From positions 1,664,001 through 1,728,000 of the forward strand of contig CAWCMR010000025.1 in NCBI GenBank assembly GCA_963796685.1: a DNA stretch of 64,000 nt, given 5' to 3'. This DNA is from an uncultured delta proteobacterium (GTDB lineage: Bacteria > Myxococcota_A > Polyangia > Fen-1088). Position 1 is the stretch's first letter. Each line of letters opens with the position of its first letter. The notes under the pieces were generated by a model. The model saw only the letters and a program-made list of their open reading frames with translations. It was not told where the DNA came from and did no database searches. Made by a program: the position numbers and the translations under genes. Shown here one piece after another: positions 17,470 through 28,903 of this stretch.

Positions 17470-19047
17470 CTACTCCAAATGAAGGGGACCCGTGGGCTTG
17501 CGTGCGAGCTTGAGAAAGTACAGAAGCGGCAGGACGGTGAGGAACACGATTCCCGCCAGGTAGAACGTGCGTTCGAAGGCCAAGGTCATGCCCTGGCCGA
17601 AGACCAGCCCGTGCAGAGCCTGGAGAGCGCCATCGCGCGCCGAAGCGGGATCGAGCCCACGCGCGCGAAGCCCCGCCGTGATTTGGGCGAGACGCGTGAC
17701 GACCTCGGGGCGGAACGCGGTGATGTGCACGCCGAGACTGGCGCGCGCAACGGTTCCGGAGCGCGTGAGCAGGGTGGCGAAGATGGCGAGGCCGATGGAG
17801 CCGCCGAGCTGGCGAAACAGCGAGTTGAGCCCGGCCGCATCGGCAAGGCGGGGCTTGGGAATATTCGAAAGAGCCGCAGCCGCGAGAGGAATGAAGAGAC
17901 ACGAGAAGCCCACGCCTTGAACGAGCGTGGCCAGGATGATTTGCGCCAAGCTCGTCTGCAGGGTGAAGGTGGCCATGGCGAACGAGCCCACCGAGACCCA
18001 AACCACGCCGTTGCCCACGAGCACGCGCAGCGGCACCTTGTTGTACAGCTTGCCCACGATGGGGTTGACCACGAACATGATGCCTGCACGCGGGAGCAGC
18101 GCGAGGCCCGTGTCGATGGCCGAGTAGCCGAGCAATTCCTGCATGAAGACGGGCAGGAGAAAGAGGTTGGCCATGAGGACGGCGAATTGCACGGCGCCGA
18201 TGAGCGTGGCGGACATGAAGGTCTTGTCCTTGAACAGCCGCAGATCCACCGCGGGCACGGCGGCGGTGAATTCCCGAATGACGAACGCGACCAGCGCGAT
18301 GATGCCGATGGACAGGAAGGCGCAAATAGTGCGCGATTCGAACCAGTCGTCGCGCGTGCCTTCTTCGAGCACATACTGGATGAGCGCCAGCCCGACGGCC
18401 ATCATGGCGATGCCGATCCAATCGACGTTCTTCTTTTCGCGCGCGGCCTGGGCGTGGTTGGCGTGCAGGGTTTCCTCGTCTTCGTGGACGAAGGTCGAGA
18501 CCATCAGCATGCCGAGGGCACCTACCGGCAGGTTGATGAAGAAGATCCACTCCCAGCTGTAGTGGTCGACGATGAATCCCCCGAGCGTCGGCCCGATCGC
18601 CGGCCCCAGCACGACCGCCATGCCGAACACGGCCATGGCCATGCCCTGCTCGTGCGGCGGGAAGGTTCGGCGCAGGATGGCCTGCTCGGTGGGCTGCAAG
18701 GCGCCGGCACCCAGACCTTGCAGGATTCGGAAGACCGTCAGGGTCGTCAGCGTGTGCGCCGTCCCGCACAAAGCCGAGCCGAGCAGAAAGATCATCAGTG
18801 AAGTGAGGTACACGCGCTTCTGGCCGAACATGCGCGAGAGGAACCCCGTCAGCGGCATCACGATGACGTTGGCCACCACGAAGCCCGTCGTGATCCAGGT
18901 GATTTCCTCCAGCGTGGCGCCGACCGAGCCGCGGATGTGCGGCAAGGCCACGTTCACGATGGAGGCATCGATGGTGCCCATCAAGGTGCCGAAGGTAACC
19001 GACAGGGTGACCAGCCACTTGTTGACTGGCGGGTGTTTGACCGTCAT
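17470..19047 (-). CDS. DHA2-family MFS efflux permease (EmrB/QacA)
   Basis: DASIVNVALPHI, GPAIGPTLGG, WEWIFFINLPVG; start MTVKHPP coupled to tetR. Confidence 0.93.
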   Translation of the reverse strand: MTVKHPPVNKWLVTLSVTFGTLMGTIDASIVNVALPHIRGSVGATLEEITWITTGFVVANVIVMPLTGFLSRMFGQKRVYLTSLMIFLLGSALCGTAHTLTTLTVFRILQGLGAGALQPTEQAILRRTFPPHEQGMAMAVFGMAVVLGPAIGPTLGGFIVDHYSWEWIFFINLPVGALGMLMVSTFVHEDEETLHANHAQAAREKKNVDWIGIAMMAVGLALIQYVLEEGTRDDWFESRTICAFLSIGIIALVAFVIREFTAAVPAVDLRLFKDKTFMSATLIGAVQFAVLMANLFLLPVFMQELLGYSAIDTGLALLPRAGIMFVVNPIVGKLYNKVPLRVLVGNGVVWVSVGSFAMATFTLQTSLAQIILATLVQGVGFSCLFIPLAAAALSNIPKPRLADAAGLNSLFRQLGGSIGLAIFATLLTRSGTVARASLGVHITAFRPEVVTRLAQITAGLRARGLDPASARDGALQALHGLVFGQGMTLAFERTFYLAGIVFLTVLPLLYFLKLARKPTGPLHLE

Positions 19048-19643
19048 CAGGAGGTCCTTGCCGGCGTCGACGGCACCGCCGGGGCGATGCCCTGCCAAAG
19101 CCCGGCGATGAGCCGCTCGGCGAATACCTTCGCCGACATGGAGCGGTCGCCGGCCACGGTTTGCAGAAAACAGTAGTTCCACACCGACCCCATGAACATG
19201 CGCGCGATGATGGGCGGATCGCCGCCGACCCGGCCGAGGGCCTTTTCGGCCTTGAAGAAGGCGGTCAGGGCACGCAAAACCTCGCGCGGTCGGTCGCAAA
19301 CCTTGGCGTGGGCGGCGCGCTCGCGCTCGGACCAGCGCAACATCAGCTTGGGTAAGAGGCTGTTCAGGTAGTGCACGCTCTCGATGGTGATGCGCATGAG
19401 GTTCTTGCGTAGGTCGCCCTGTCCGGTGTAGCGGTCCAACCCGAAGGCTGGCGGCTGGGCGTCGTCCATGGCCGCGCGGAAGAGATCGTCCTTGGTCGCG
19501 AAGCGATTGAAGACGCTGCCCTCGGATACGCCGGCGCGCCGGGCGATGTCCACCGTGCTGGCCTTGGTGAAACCATGGGTAAAGAACTCGGCGCGCGCGG
19601 CGTCGAGGATCTGCTGATTCGAGATGGTGGAAGGCCGGGCCAT
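19047..19643 (-). CDS. TetR/AcrR-family transcriptional regulator
   Basis: DIARRAGVSEGSVFNRFATKDDL HTH. Confidence 0.93.
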   Translation of the reverse strand: MARPSTISNQQILDAARAEFFTHGFTKASTVDIARRAGVSEGSVFNRFATKDDLFRAAMDDAQPPAFGLDRYTGQGDLRKNLMRITIESVHYLNSLLPKLMLRWSERERAAHAKVCDRPREVLRALTAFFKAEKALGRVGGDPPIIARMFMGSVWNYCFLQTVAGDRSMSAKVFAERLIAGLWQGIAPAVPSTPARTS

Positions 19644-19646
19644 TTA

Positions 19647-19660
19647 TGAGTAGTGACTCA
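19647..19660. promoter_or_regulatory. Putative TetR operator
   Basis: TGAGT-AGTG-ACTCA inverted repeat 3 nt upstream of the tetR start. Confidence 0.55.
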
Positions 19661-19799
19661 AATATGATGAGTGCAGGGCCGCTCGGCAAGACCAAAAATA
19701 GAGGAATTCCATCCGAAAACCCGGTCTGCGAAAGTTACTTTCGCGTTACAAGGATTCTAACTATGCTGAATCCGTGACCTCTTACCGATCACGGATGGC

Positions 19800-21206
19800 A
19801 TGCTGACGCGAACCCGAATCGCCCTGGTCGCCGTGGCCGCGGCCCTGGCGGTCGGCCTGCCGACCTTGCGCAACGGATTCGCCATCGACGACATCTATGT
19901 CTTCGTCGACCAGCCGGCGGCGCACAGCCTGGGCAACCTTCCCAAGTTCTTCGTGGGCGGATGGGGCATGGAAACCACCAACGCCCAAGAGCGCGCGCTC
20001 AACACCCGCTACTACCGCCCGGTCGCTACAACCCTGGGGGCGCTGGAGTACACCCTCTTCGGCTTGCATCCGGCCGGCTACCATCTCACGAGCATGCTCT
20101 TGCACGCGGCCACGGCGGCCCTGGTGGCGCTCCTGCTCTGGCAGCTCACCGGGGGCGCTGCGCTCGCCGCACTTTTCGGCGGCGTTCTGTTCGCGATTCA
20201 CCCTGCGCAAAGCGAGGCCTTCTGCGCGGCATGCTACCAGACGACCTTGCTGGCGGGGTTCTTCGGCACGCTGACGCTGGTCGTTTTTGGGCGCGTGCTC
20301 GAGCGCGGGCCGCGCCCGCTCGAGTTGGCTCTGCTCGGCACCAGCCTGCTCTTCGCGCTCCTCTCCAAGGAAGAATCGTTCGCCATTCCCTTGTTCGCGG
20401 TGGCCTGGGCGGTGCTGCTGCGGCCGGCGGGTTGGCGGAGAGCGCTTGCATCCAGCGCCATCGCGATGGGCATACCCTTGATCCTGGTGTTGCTGCTGCG
20501 CAACGCCTTTCTCACCCCATCCAGGGTGACTTATTTCGCCGACGAGCCTGCGCGCGTGGTCGTGCTGACCATGGTGCGCGTGGCCGGGCTCTACGCAGAG
20601 CTCCTGTTGGCGCCGCTTCGCTTCTGCCCGTTCTACGACTGGTTCATCATCGGCTACGAAACCACGCTTTCCTCGGGCGTGCTGACGGGCGCGGCCGTTC
20701 TTTGCCTCGCCGTGGTCGCGGCGCTGTACTGCGTGCGACGTGCTCCGCTCGTCGCGCTGGGCATCGCCTGGATCCTGCTCGGGCTCGCGCCGGTCAGCCA
20801 AGCCATCCCCATCATCGTGGTGGCCGCCGAACGCTTCCTCTACATTCCCATGCTCGGCTGGGTCTTGCTGGTGGGGCTGTTGCTCGAACGCGCACTCCAC
20901 CGTGCGCGAACGGCCGGCTGGAACAAGCTGCCGGCAGCCGTCGTCGCGCTCTTGTTTCTCGCGTACGCGGTCCGCACCGTGACCCGTGTACCCGACTGGC
21001 GCAACGACGAAACGCTGAACCTCGCCACCGCCGAATTCTTTCCCGAAACCCCGGCGCCGTTCCTCAATCTGGCGACCTACTACGAACGGGTGGAAAGGGA
21101 TCCCGCCAAAGCCCTCGAGGCCCTCGCCGAGGCCGACCGTCGTGCGCCCGGCTGGCGCCCCGCCCGCGAACGAGCGGCTCGGCTGAGGATGGAAATCGCG
21201 CCGTAG
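19800..21206 (+). CDS. TMTC-like GT-C glycosyltransferase with C-terminal TPR-like region
   Basis: FAIDD, YYRP, LFAIHPAQSEA, LLSKEE, AERFLYIP motifs. Confidence 0.8.
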   Translation: MLTRTRIALVAVAAALAVGLPTLRNGFAIDDIYVFVDQPAAHSLGNLPKFFVGGWGMETTNAQERALNTRYYRPVATTLGALEYTLFGLHPAGYHLTSMLLHAATAALVALLLWQLTGGAALAALFGGVLFAIHPAQSEAFCAACYQTTLLAGFFGTLTLVVFGRVLERGPRPLELALLGTSLLFALLSKEESFAIPLFAVAWAVLLRPAGWRRALASSAIAMGIPLILVLLLRNAFLTPSRVTYFADEPARVVVLTMVRVAGLYAELLLAPLRFCPFYDWFIIGYETTLSSGVLTGAAVLCLAVVAALYCVRRAPLVALGIAWILLGLAPVSQAIPIIVVAAERFLYIPMLGWVLLVGLLLERALHRARTAGWNKLPAAVVALLFLAYAVRTVTRVPDWRNDETLNLATAEFFPETPAPFLNLATYYERVERDPAKALEALAEADRRAPGWRPARERAARLRMEIAP

Positions 21207-21245
21207 ACGGGATTCGAATCCCTATTTCCATGAACGTCCTCGCGC

Positions 21246-22511
21246 CTACAGCTTCTGGAAGACGCGCACGTAGTCGACCTCGTACTGCACCGGGAAGGTG
21301 GTGCCCGACGGATCGCCGCCGTTGTCGCCGCCGATGGCGAGGTTCAGGATCATGTAGACCTTCTGTTTGAAGGGACTCGACCCGTCGGAGTTGAGCATGT
21401 TCGCCAGCGCCACTCCGTTCATCAAGGTGTCGTCGAGATAGAGGTTGATGTTCTGGTCGTCCCAGTCCATGCGCCAGACGTGGAAATTGGATGCCCAGTC
21501 GGCGCCCAGCGAGGAGATGGCCTTGGACGACGAATCCCACTTGGCGGTCCAGCGCGTGGCCGTGCCGCAGGCCACGTTGGCCAGCACGTTGCCCTTGTAG
21601 AACTCCATGATGTCGATCTCGCCGTTCGACGGCCATTCGCCGCTGACCCCGAGGGTCCACCAGGCCGGCCACATTCCGGTGCTGGTGGGAATGCGGGCGC
21701 GCATTTCGAAGCGGCCGTATTGCCAGGTCTGCAGGCCGGAGGTGGTCATGCTGGAGGACGTGTACTGGGCGTACTGTCGACTGGTCTTCCAGTCCGAGCT
21801 GCCCGCGGAATAGTTGGGATTGGCGACCTGCTCCTTGCGGCCTTCGATGACGAGCACGCCGCCTTTCACGGTGGCGTTGTCGGGCTGGTACCACTGCAGC
21901 TCGTTGTTGCGCACGAAGCCCTTCTCGTAGTTCCAGTTCTTGGGGTCGGGCGTGCCATCGGTGTTGAACTCGTCGGACCAGACCAGCTTGTAACCGTCGG
22001 GGACATTGATGCCGCCATCGCCGGCCGAGCCATCACCCGGTGTAGCTCCGGCGTCGAGGGGAGCATCCTTGGGCGGCTGCGCGTCGGCTTTACCGTCCTT
22101 GGCCGATCCCGCGTCGCCGATGGCTCCGCCCGTGGCAACCGGGCCGCCGTCGCTCTTTCCGCCACCCATGCCAGAGGTCGATCCGCCCGTGCCGGTCGTG
22201 CTGCCCCCCGCGGAAGTGCCTCCGTTGCCCGTGCCTGTCGTCGCTCCCCCGGTGCCGGGTGTGCTGCCTCCCGTGGAAGTGGTCCGGCCGCCCGTTCCGC
22301 CGGTGACGCCGCCAGTGCTGGTCGTGCCGCCGCTCGCGCCAGTCGTGGATCCACCGCCGCCGCCATTCCCACCGGCGGAGACCTCTGCGGCGTCTGCCTT
22401 CATCGCCGGCAGGTCGCTCGTCGTGCCCTTTCCACAACCAAACAATCCCAGCACGGCCGCCGGAGCGAGCCACACGAAGAACCACGCGTGACGCATTGAA
22501 GGTGCTGCCAT
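21246..22511 (-). CDS. Glycoside hydrolase family 16 lipoprotein with Gly/Thr-rich linker
   Basis: Lipobox LFGC; WSDEF, WPAWW, catalytic EIDIME, VDYVRVFQ. Confidence 0.92.
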   Translation of the reverse strand: MAAPSMRHAWFFVWLAPAAVLGLFGCGKGTTSDLPAMKADAAEVSAGGNGGGGGSTTGASGGTTSTGGVTGGTGGRTTSTGGSTPGTGGATTGTGNGGTSAGGSTTGTGGSTSGMGGGKSDGGPVATGGAIGDAGSAKDGKADAQPPKDAPLDAGATPGDGSAGDGGINVPDGYKLVWSDEFNTDGTPDPKNWNYEKGFVRNNELQWYQPDNATVKGGVLVIEGRKEQVANPNYSAGSSDWKTSRQYAQYTSSSMTTSGLQTWQYGRFEMRARIPTSTGMWPAWWTLGVSGEWPSNGEIDIMEFYKGNVLANVACGTATRWTAKWDSSSKAISSLGADWASNFHVWRMDWDDQNINLYLDDTLMNGVALANMLNSDGSSPFKQKVYMILNLAIGGDNGGDPSGTTFPVQYEVDYVRVFQKL

Positions 22512-22608
22512 GTCTTCCCTCCGGCTGGTATGACGCGGCCAGGTCGGTTGGCCCGTGGACAGAATGTTAGCGCCTTATACGGCGGTCGCAGGTAGCACTT
22601 TCGTGCTG

Positions 22609-25050
22609 CTACGCGAACGGCCAAGTCCAGTCGGATTCGCTCGGCCGGTCGATGCCCTCGGCGTGCGCGTGGGCGCGACATTCGAGCTGGATGTTGCGGA
22701 AGCGCTCGCGCGCGTGGGCGCCGATGGCGCTCAGGCGAGGCACGCGATCGATGACGTCGATGGCCAGGCTGAAGCGGTCGACCTCGTTCTGGATGGCCAG
22801 CTCCAGCGGGGTGTTGATGTTGCCCTTCTCTTTGTAGCCGCGCACGTGCAGGTTCTTGTGGTTGGTGCGGCGGTAGGCCAGGCGGTGGATCAGCCAAGGG
22901 TAGCCGTGGAACGCGAAAATGACCGGCCGGTCGACGGTGAACAGGCTGTCGAAATCGCGGTTCGAGAGCCCGTGCGGGTGCTCGGTGTCGGGTTGCAGGC
23001 GGAACAGATCCACGACGTTGATGAAGCGCAGCTTGATGTCGGGGAATTCCTGGCGCAGCAAGGCCGAGGCAGCCAGGGCTTCCTTCGTGGGCACGTCGCC
23101 CGCCGAGACCAGGACCACGTCCGGCTCCTGTCCGCCGTCGGTGCTGGCCCATTCCCAGATCCCTACCCCCTTGGTGCAGTGGCGGATGGCCGCGTCCATG
23201 TCCAGGTACTGCAAGTGCTTCTGCTTGTCGGCCACGATCACGTTGACGTAGTTGCGGCTGCGCAGACAATGGTCGGCGACCGACAGGAGGCAATTGGCGT
23301 CGGGTGGCAAGTAGATGCGCGTGACGGACGCGCTCTTGTTGACCACCAAATCGAGGAAGCCCGGATCCTGGTGGGTGAAGCCGTTGTGATCCTGACGCCA
23401 CACCGTCGAGGTGATGAGCAGATTGAGCGACGCCAGATCGGCCCGCCAGGGCAGGTGGCTGCAGATCTCCAGCCACTTGGCGTGTTGGTTGAACATGGAA
23501 TCGATGACGTGGGCGAAGGCTTCGTAGGTCGAGAAGAAACCGTGCCGGCCGGTGAGCAGGTAACCTTCCAGCCAACCTTCCAGGGTGTGCTCGGACAGCA
23601 TCTCCATCACGCGGCCGTCGGGGCTAAGCTCGGTCCCGTCGCTGTCGTCGGGCAAGGGCTCGGCCATCCAGCACTTCTTGGTGACCTCGTAGACCGCATC
23701 GAGCTTGTTCGAGGTGTTCTCGTCGGGGCCGAACACCCGGAAGCTCACCGGGTTGGCGGCCAGGGTGTCGCGCAAAAGCGCGCCCAAGGGCCGCGTGTTC
23801 TCGGCCGTGGTCTGGCCCGGCACCACGTCCTTGATGGCGTAGGCGCAGAAGTCGGGCAGGCGCAGATCCTTGCGCAGAAGCCCGCCGTTGGCGTGCGGGT
23901 TGGAACCCATGCGCCGCGCTCCCTTGGGCGCGAGGTCGCGGAGCTCGGGCGCCAGGCGTCCGTCACGGTCGAACAGCTCGTCGGGTTTGTAACTGTTGAG
24001 CCAATTCTCGAGCAGCTTCAGGTTCTCGGGTTTGGTGGCGACCTCGGTCAGCGGCACTTGATGCGCGCGCCACGTGCCCGCGATCTTGTGCCCGCCCACC
24101 ATGGCCGGCCCGGTCCATCCCTTGGGCGAGCGCAAGACGATCATGGGCCAGCGCGGACGCACCACCGCGCCCGAACCGCGCGCCTCGGCCTGGATGCGGT
24201 TGATCTCCTCGACCGCGTGGTTGAGCGTGGCCGCCATCGCCTGGTGCATGCTCGCCGGCTCCGAGCCCTCGACGAAAAGTGGCTCCCAGCCGTAGCCGCG
24301 CATGAGGCTCGCCAGCTCGTCCCGGGCGATGCGCGCGAGGATGGTCGGGTTGTTGATCTTGTAGCCGTTCAAATTGAGGATGGGCAGCACGGCCCCGTCG
24401 CGTGCGGGGTTGAGGAACTTGTTGCCGTGCCAAGAGGTGGCCAGGGGGCCGGTCTCGGCCTCGCCGTCGCCCACCACCACGGCGACCAGCAGGTCGGGAT
24501 TGTCGAACGCCGCACCGAAGGCGTGCGAGAGGCTGTAGCCGAGCTCGCCGCCCTCGTGAATCGAGCCGGGCGTTTCCGGGGTGCAGTGGCTGCCGATGCC
24601 GCCGGGGAAGGAAAACTGTTGGAAGAAGAGCTGCAGCCCGCGCAGATCCTGGCTCCGATCGGGATAGATCTCGCTGTACGAGCCTTCGAGATAGATGGGC
24701 GCGAGCACGCCGGGCGCGCCGTGGCCCGGCCCGGCCAGGAAGATGGCGTTCAAGTCGTATTCGCGGATCACGCGATTCATGTGCGTGTAGACGAAGCTGA
24801 GACCCGGGCTCGAGCCCCAGTGGCCGAGCAGGCGCTTCTTGATGTGCTCGGGTTTGAGGGGCTCGTGCAAGAGCGGGTTGTCGCGCAGATAGATCATACC
24901 GGCCGCCAGGTAGTTGCAGGCGCGCCAGAATCCATCGGTGCGCGCCAGCGCCTCGGGCGACAGCGGCGTGCCGCTGATGGTGGATTTGGCCGGGCCGAAG
25001 GCGCGCGTTCCGACCAGTTCGTCGTTCGTGTGTCCCATGATGGGGGCCAT
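22609..25050 (-). CDS. xfp: Phosphoketolase
   Basis: [37 protein letters not shown]. Confidence 0.96.
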   Translation of the reverse strand: MAPIMGHTNDELVGTRAFGPAKSTISGTPLSPEALARTDGFWRACNYLAAGMIYLRDNPLLHEPLKPEHIKKRLLGHWGSSPGLSFVYTHMNRVIREYDLNAIFLAGPGHGAPGVLAPIYLEGSYSEIYPDRSQDLRGLQLFFQQFSFPGGIGSHCTPETPGSIHEGGELGYSLSHAFGAAFDNPDLLVAVVVGDGEAETGPLATSWHGNKFLNPARDGAVLPILNLNGYKINNPTILARIARDELASLMRGYGWEPLFVEGSEPASMHQAMAATLNHAVEEINRIQAEARGSGAVVRPRWPMIVLRSPKGWTGPAMVGGHKIAGTWRAHQVPLTEVATKPENLKLLENWLNSYKPDELFDRDGRLAPELRDLAPKGARRMGSNPHANGGLLRKDLRLPDFCAYAIKDVVPGQTTAENTRPLGALLRDTLAANPVSFRVFGPDENTSNKLDAVYEVTKKCWMAEPLPDDSDGTELSPDGRVMEMLSEHTLEGWLEGYLLTGRHGFFSTYEAFAHVIDSMFNQHAKWLEICSHLPWRADLASLNLLITSTVWRQDHNGFTHQDPGFLDLVVNKSASVTRIYLPPDANCLLSVADHCLRSRNYVNVIVADKQKHLQYLDMDAAIRHCTKGVGIWEWASTDGGQEPDVVLVSAGDVPTKEALAASALLRQEFPDIKLRFINVVDLFRLQPDTEHPHGLSNRDFDSLFTVDRPVIFAFHGYPWLIHRLAYRRTNHKNLHVRGYKEKGNINTPLELAIQNEVDRFSLAIDVIDRVPRLSAIGAHARERFRNIQLECRAHAHAEGIDRPSESDWTWPFA

Positions 25051-25109
25051 GATAGCAGCCTCCTTTGTCCGTGGCGCGTCGGGTTCTCGCTGCGTAGACT
25101 AGCGCCGTC

Positions 25110-25748
25110 ATGAACAGAAAAGCCCTTCTTGCACTCTGTGCGCTGTCATTCGGTCTCGGCTGCAAACAAGACCAGCCCAGGATCCTGCGGACCCCGCCGC
25201 AGCCCATGGCCCAGTCCGCGCAGCCGCTAAATCAGGAATTGCCCCCAGGGCACCCGCCCATTCCCAGCGAACCTCAAGGCAACGGGCCGAGCATGCCCAT
25301 GCCGCCGCCGTCCATGCCGGCTGGCGCCGAGGCGATTGCGTGGGATCTGCCCAAGGGCTGGACCGAGGCCCGCGCGGGCGGCATGCGCCTGGCCACGCTG
25401 AAACCGCCGGCCGCGGGAAAGATAGACGTCAGCGTGATCGTGTTGCCGGGCACGGCGGGCGGCGAGCTTGCCAACGTGAATCGCTGGCGCGGTCAGATCG
25501 GCTTGCCACCCGTCGATGAAGCCACCCGCGCGCACATGCGCAAGGAGGTCAAGTCCAAGGCCGGCTCCATCTCGCTGTACGATTTCTCCGGGCAGGGCGC
25601 GAACAAGGAGCGAATGATCGCCGGTCTACTGTTTGCCGATGGCCGCTCCTGGTTCGTGAAGATGGTGGGCGACGAAGGTCCGGTCGCGGCGTCGCGCGCG
25701 GATTTGGTGAAGCTGCTCGAAAGCTTGCACTTCCCCCCGGGCAAGTAG
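25110..25748 (+). CDS. Lipoprotein, conserved hypothetical
   Basis: Lipobox GLGC; LPPGHPP and ANVNRWRGQ motifs. Confidence 0.8.
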   Translation: MNRKALLALCALSFGLGCKQDQPRILRTPPQPMAQSAQPLNQELPPGHPPIPSEPQGNGPSMPMPPPSMPAGAEAIAWDLPKGWTEARAGGMRLATLKPPAAGKIDVSVIVLPGTAGGELANVNRWRGQIGLPPVDEATRAHMRKEVKSKAGSISLYDFSGQGANKERMIAGLLFADGRSWFVKMVGDEGPVAASRADLVKLLESLHFPPGK

Positions 25749-25753
25749 CCCCG

Positions 25754-26137
25754 ATGGAAGCCGAGGATCTCGAGCAGCAACGTTCTGTCGCCCAGTCGAT
25801 GGGCGTGATGAACGCCCGCCGGCACATTTTTCTGTGCTGCGACCAGACCGTTCCCAAGTGCTGCGACGCAGTCCGTGGCAACCAGGCATGGGACTACTTG
25901 AAGAGGCGTCTGCGGGAGCTGGGGCTGTCGGAGAAAGGCGGCATCCAGCGCACCAAGGCCAATTGCCTGCGCATCTGCCAGGGCGGACCCATCGCCGTGG
26001 TCTATCCCGAGGGTGCCTGGTACCACTCGTGCGATCCGCCCGTGCTCGAGCGCATCATCCAAGAGCACCTCATCGGCGGCAAGCTCGTCGAGGATTTCCT
26101 GATTACCCAGAAGACGCTTCAGGGCGCCGCCGGTTAG
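25754..26137 (+). CDS. Thioredoxin-like [2Fe-2S] ferredoxin
   Basis: RHIFLC...CC...CLRIC..GP..VVYPEG.WY. Confidence 0.9.
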   Translation: MEAEDLEQQRSVAQSMGVMNARRHIFLCCDQTVPKCCDAVRGNQAWDYLKRRLRELGLSEKGGIQRTKANCLRICQGGPIAVVYPEGAWYHSCDPPVLERIIQEHLIGGKLVEDFLITQKTLQGAAG

Positions 26138-26601
26138 CCGAGTGCCTTGTCGACGGCGCGGAGCAGTCGCTTGCTGTCGGGCGAGGTGACCGACACGAAA
26201 TAGTCCGCCACCTCGCCATCGCGTCCGACGAGGTATTTGTAGAAGTTCCACTTCGGCTTGGGGTGTTTCGCGGTCAGGAAAGCAAACACCGGGGACTGGC
26301 CGTCGCCCCTGGTGACCACCTTGGCGAACATGGGGAAGGTCACGTGGAAGTTGAGATCGCAGAAGGTGCGGATCTCTTCGGCCGTTCCCGGCTCCTGGTG
26401 GCCAAAGTCGTTCGACGGAAACCCCAGCACCACCAGGCCGCGCTCGCGGTAGGACTGCCAAAGGTTTTCGAGCTCGGCGTACTGGGGCGTGAAGCCGCAC
26501 TGCGAGGCGGTGTTGACGGCCAGCACCACCTTGCCCTGATAGGCGGTCATGGGCTGCTCGCGCCCGTCGAGCATGGGCACCGACAGATCGAAGAAAGTCA
26601 T
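26134..26601 (-). CDS. Glutathione peroxidase (Cys type)
   Basis: [25 protein letters not shown]. Confidence 0.93.
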   Translation of the reverse strand: MTFFDLSVPMLDGREQPMTAYQGKVVLAVNTASQCGFTPQYAELENLWQSYRERGLVVLGFPSNDFGHQEPGTAEEIRTFCDLNFHVTFPMFAKVVTRGDGQSPVFAFLTAKHPKPKWNFYKYLVGRDGEVADYFVSVTSPDSKRLLRAVDKALG

Positions 26602-26692
26602 GGCACGACTTGGATGCTCGCGCGGCCTCCGAGGTGCCGGTGTTTCTGTCGACCTGCCCAGGTCATGGACAGGTCAACAGAAACGATTCCTC

Positions 26693-27103
26693 CTAACTTG
26701 CCCTGACCGTGATCTGTCTCGGTCGGGCGCGTTCGAGCTTGGGCAGCTCCAGCTTCAGCACGCCGTCGGTGAGCTTGGCGTCGATCTTGGCCTGGTCGAT
26801 GACCTCCGAGAGGGTGAACTGTCTGAAGAACGTTCCCGTCTCGTATTCGCGCAGGACATGCGTCTCCTTCGCGGACTCGGGTGTGGCCACGTGCCCGCTC
26901 AGGGTCAGCACGTTCTCGCGCAGATCGATCTTGAGGTCTTGCGCCTTCACGCCCGGCATGTCGGCCAGCAGCGAAATGCGGTCGTCGCTCTCGAAGATAT
27001 CGACGGCCGGTGAATAGGTCGGGCCGGGCCGGGTTTGCTCGGGCGCGGCAGGCAAATTTCCCTGCTCAGCTTTCTGCATCTCTCTCGTGGATTCCTTCAA
27101 CAT
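26693..27103 (-). CDS. Hsp20/alpha-crystallin small heat-shock protein
   Basis: PAVDIFE, ADMPGV, DGVLKLELPK. Confidence 0.92.
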   Translation of the reverse strand: MLKESTREMQKAEQGNLPAAPEQTRPGPTYSPAVDIFESDDRISLLADMPGVKAQDLKIDLRENVLTLSGHVATPESAKETHVLREYETGTFFRQFTLSEVIDQAKIDAKLTDGVLKLELPKLERARPRQITVRAS

Positions 27104-27136
27104 GGCGACTCTCCTCCTGCATGGGTCCAATCGTGA

Positions 27137-27598
27137 TCAGGATTTCACCGCGATCTGCCTCGGCTTGGCCTCTTCGGCCTTGGGCAGCGTGAGGGTGATG
27201 ATGCCGTCGGCGAAACGCGCCTCGACGCGATCCGCGGCGATCTCGCCGGGCAGGGTGACGGTGCGGCTGAATTCTCCTTCGGCGCGCTCCTTGCGGTGGT
27301 AGCTGACGTGTCCGTTCTCCTGCGGGATCTCGCGCTTGCCCGAGATGGATACCCGGTTGCGCAGCGCCGAGACGGACAGATCCTTGGCGCCGATCCCCGG
27401 CACTTCCGCCCGCAGGTAGAAGTTGTTGTCGTCCTGGGTGATGTTCATGGGCGGGAAGACCCCGGCCGAGAGATCGTGACCGCTGTCGTTGCCGGTGACT
27501 GTGTCGAACACGCGCAGCATCTCGCGACGCAGTTGATCGAATTCGGCGAAGGGGCTTTCGAACGCTGGCCTCGAGGGCCAGACTCTCCTGAGAAGCAT
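27137..27598 (-). CDS. Hsp20/alpha-crystallin small heat-shock protein
   Basis: FPPMNI, AEVPG, GEFSRTVTLP, DGIITLTLPK. Confidence 0.92.
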   Translation of the reverse strand: MLLRRVWPSRPAFESPFAEFDQLRREMLRVFDTVTGNDSGHDLSAGVFPPMNITQDDNNFYLRAEVPGIGAKDLSVSALRNRVSISGKREIPQENGHVSYHRKERAEGEFSRTVTLPGEIAADRVEARFADGIITLTLPKAEEAKPRQIAVKS

Positions 27599-27737
27599 GG
27601 CGTTCCTCCTTGGTTGTTGTTTCGAATGGGCTGTCGACAACCGCTTCGATGATGGGTCCATTATTCACCCCAGGGTGGCCGTCAAGCGGGGCGCAGGGGC
27701 ACGGCGATTGCCCCGGGAATTGGCGCCCCTGGGCTCC

Positions 27738-27766
27738 TTGACATCATGACATCACAGCATCATAGT
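27738..27766 (+). promoter_or_regulatory. Sigma70 promoter of vapBC with overlapping CATCA repeats
   Basis: TTGACA-N17-CATAGT, 6 nt before ATG 27773; CATCA repeated three times at 8-bp spacing. Confidence 0.65.
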
Positions 27767-27772
27767 TTGTCC

Positions 27773-28012
27773 ATGGGAGCAGTCGTTCGGACCACCCTTC
27801 ACCTCGACGGCGACGTCTACCGGGCCGCACGCAGCTTGGCCGGGGCCGGGGGCAAGGGACTGGGCGCCGTGATATCCGATTTGGCGCGCAAAGGACTGCG
27901 GGCGCCGCTTCCGACCGGATGCACGCGACGCGGTTTTCCGACGTTCGATGTGCCCGCCAAGGCTGCTCCCATCACGGCCGAGATGGTTCGCTTCGCACTC
28001 GAGGACGAATGA
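27773..28012 (+). CDS. VapB-like ribbon-helix-helix antitoxin
   Basis: RTTLHLDGDV...GAVISDLARKGL; ATGA-coupled to the PIN toxin. Confidence 0.8.
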   Translation: MGAVVRTTLHLDGDVYRAARSLAGAGGKGLGAVISDLARKGLRAPLPTGCTRRGFPTFDVPAKAAPITAEMVRFALEDE

Positions 28013-28512
28013 CCGAGCCGAGTCGAAGATCGGCGCTGCATCGTGGACCGGGCGCAAGGCGTCGTTCCAAGGAGCAGCCAATCCTTCTCGACGTCAACAT
28101 CTTGGTGGCCTTGGCCTGGCCGAATCACGTGCACCATTCCGCCGCGCATGCCTGGTTCGACCAGGTCGGCCGGGCCGGGTTCGCCACTTGCTCGGTCACC
28201 CAATCAGGATTCGTGCGAGTCTCCTCGAACGCGCGCGCCATTCCCGACGCGCGCTCGCCCCGCGAGGCGAGCGAAATCCTGCGACGGATCACGGCCCTGC
28301 CGGGCCATGTCTTCTGGAGTGACGACGTCGAGATCGCCAGCAGCGTGCACATCGCCTGGGAGCGGCTGGGCAGCCATAACCGGGTGGCGGACGCGCACCT
28401 GCTGGCCCTTGCGCTTCAGCGCGGCGCTCGATTGGCGACCTTCGACCGTGCAATGCCCGACCTGGCGCCAGAGGGAAAGGCCGAACGCGTCGTCGTCCTC
28501 GGTGGCGGCTAG
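28009..28512 (+). CDS. vapC: VapC PIN-domain toxin
   Basis: LLDVNILVAL...DAHLLALA...LATFD. Confidence 0.88.
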   Translation: MTEPSRRSALHRGPGARRRSKEQPILLDVNILVALAWPNHVHHSAAHAWFDQVGRAGFATCSVTQSGFVRVSSNARAIPDARSPREASEILRRITALPGHVFWSDDVEIASSVHIAWERLGSHNRVADAHLLALALQRGARLATFDRAMPDLAPEGKAERVVVLGGG

Positions 28513-28529
28513 AGGCTGGACAGGGCCGG

Positions 28530-28871
28530 CTACGAGCCCATCTGCAGGACCTTGGTCAGCTTGGTGATGAGCGCGGGATCGCCGGTGATCTTGAGCTTCC
28601 CCGCGAACAAGATCTGCATCGCGGCCTGCATGCCGCCGTCGATCATCGTGCAAAAATCCTGGTCCGCGACCTCGATGGTGCACTGGGGCTGGCCGGTTGC
28701 GCCGGGGGTGCAAGTGGGGGGGGTGGCCAGCAAGTCGGCGGTCCAGGTACCGCCCTCGCTGCCGCTGATCTTGAACAAATAGATCGCCGCAACCTCCTTG
28801 GCCCGGCCGGGATTGGCCAGCAAGGCTTCGGGTACGCGTTTGTCGAAAAATTCCCTTGCCGTAGTGGCCAT
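28530..28871 (-). CDS. SCP2 sterol/lipid-binding domain protein
   Basis: GGTWTAD ... FAGKLKITGD. Confidence 0.85.
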   Translation of the reverse strand: MATTAREFFDKRVPEALLANPGRAKEVAAIYLFKISGSEGGTWTADLLATPPTCTPGATGQPQCTIEVADQDFCTMIDGGMQAAMQILFAGKLKITGDPALITKLTKVLQMGS

Positions 28872-28903
28872 CCAGTCCTCCGATGCGTCCTTCCGGGACG
28901 TTC

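Noticed and set aside
22140-22380. Gly/Thr repeat region as a separate repeat element
   Set aside because: An ordinary low-complexity linker of the GH16 lipoprotein.
22555-25113. 852-aa plus-strand ORF and similar long antisense ORFs (e.g. 17008..18801, 37857..39401)
   Set aside because: Antisense shadows of real high-GC genes.
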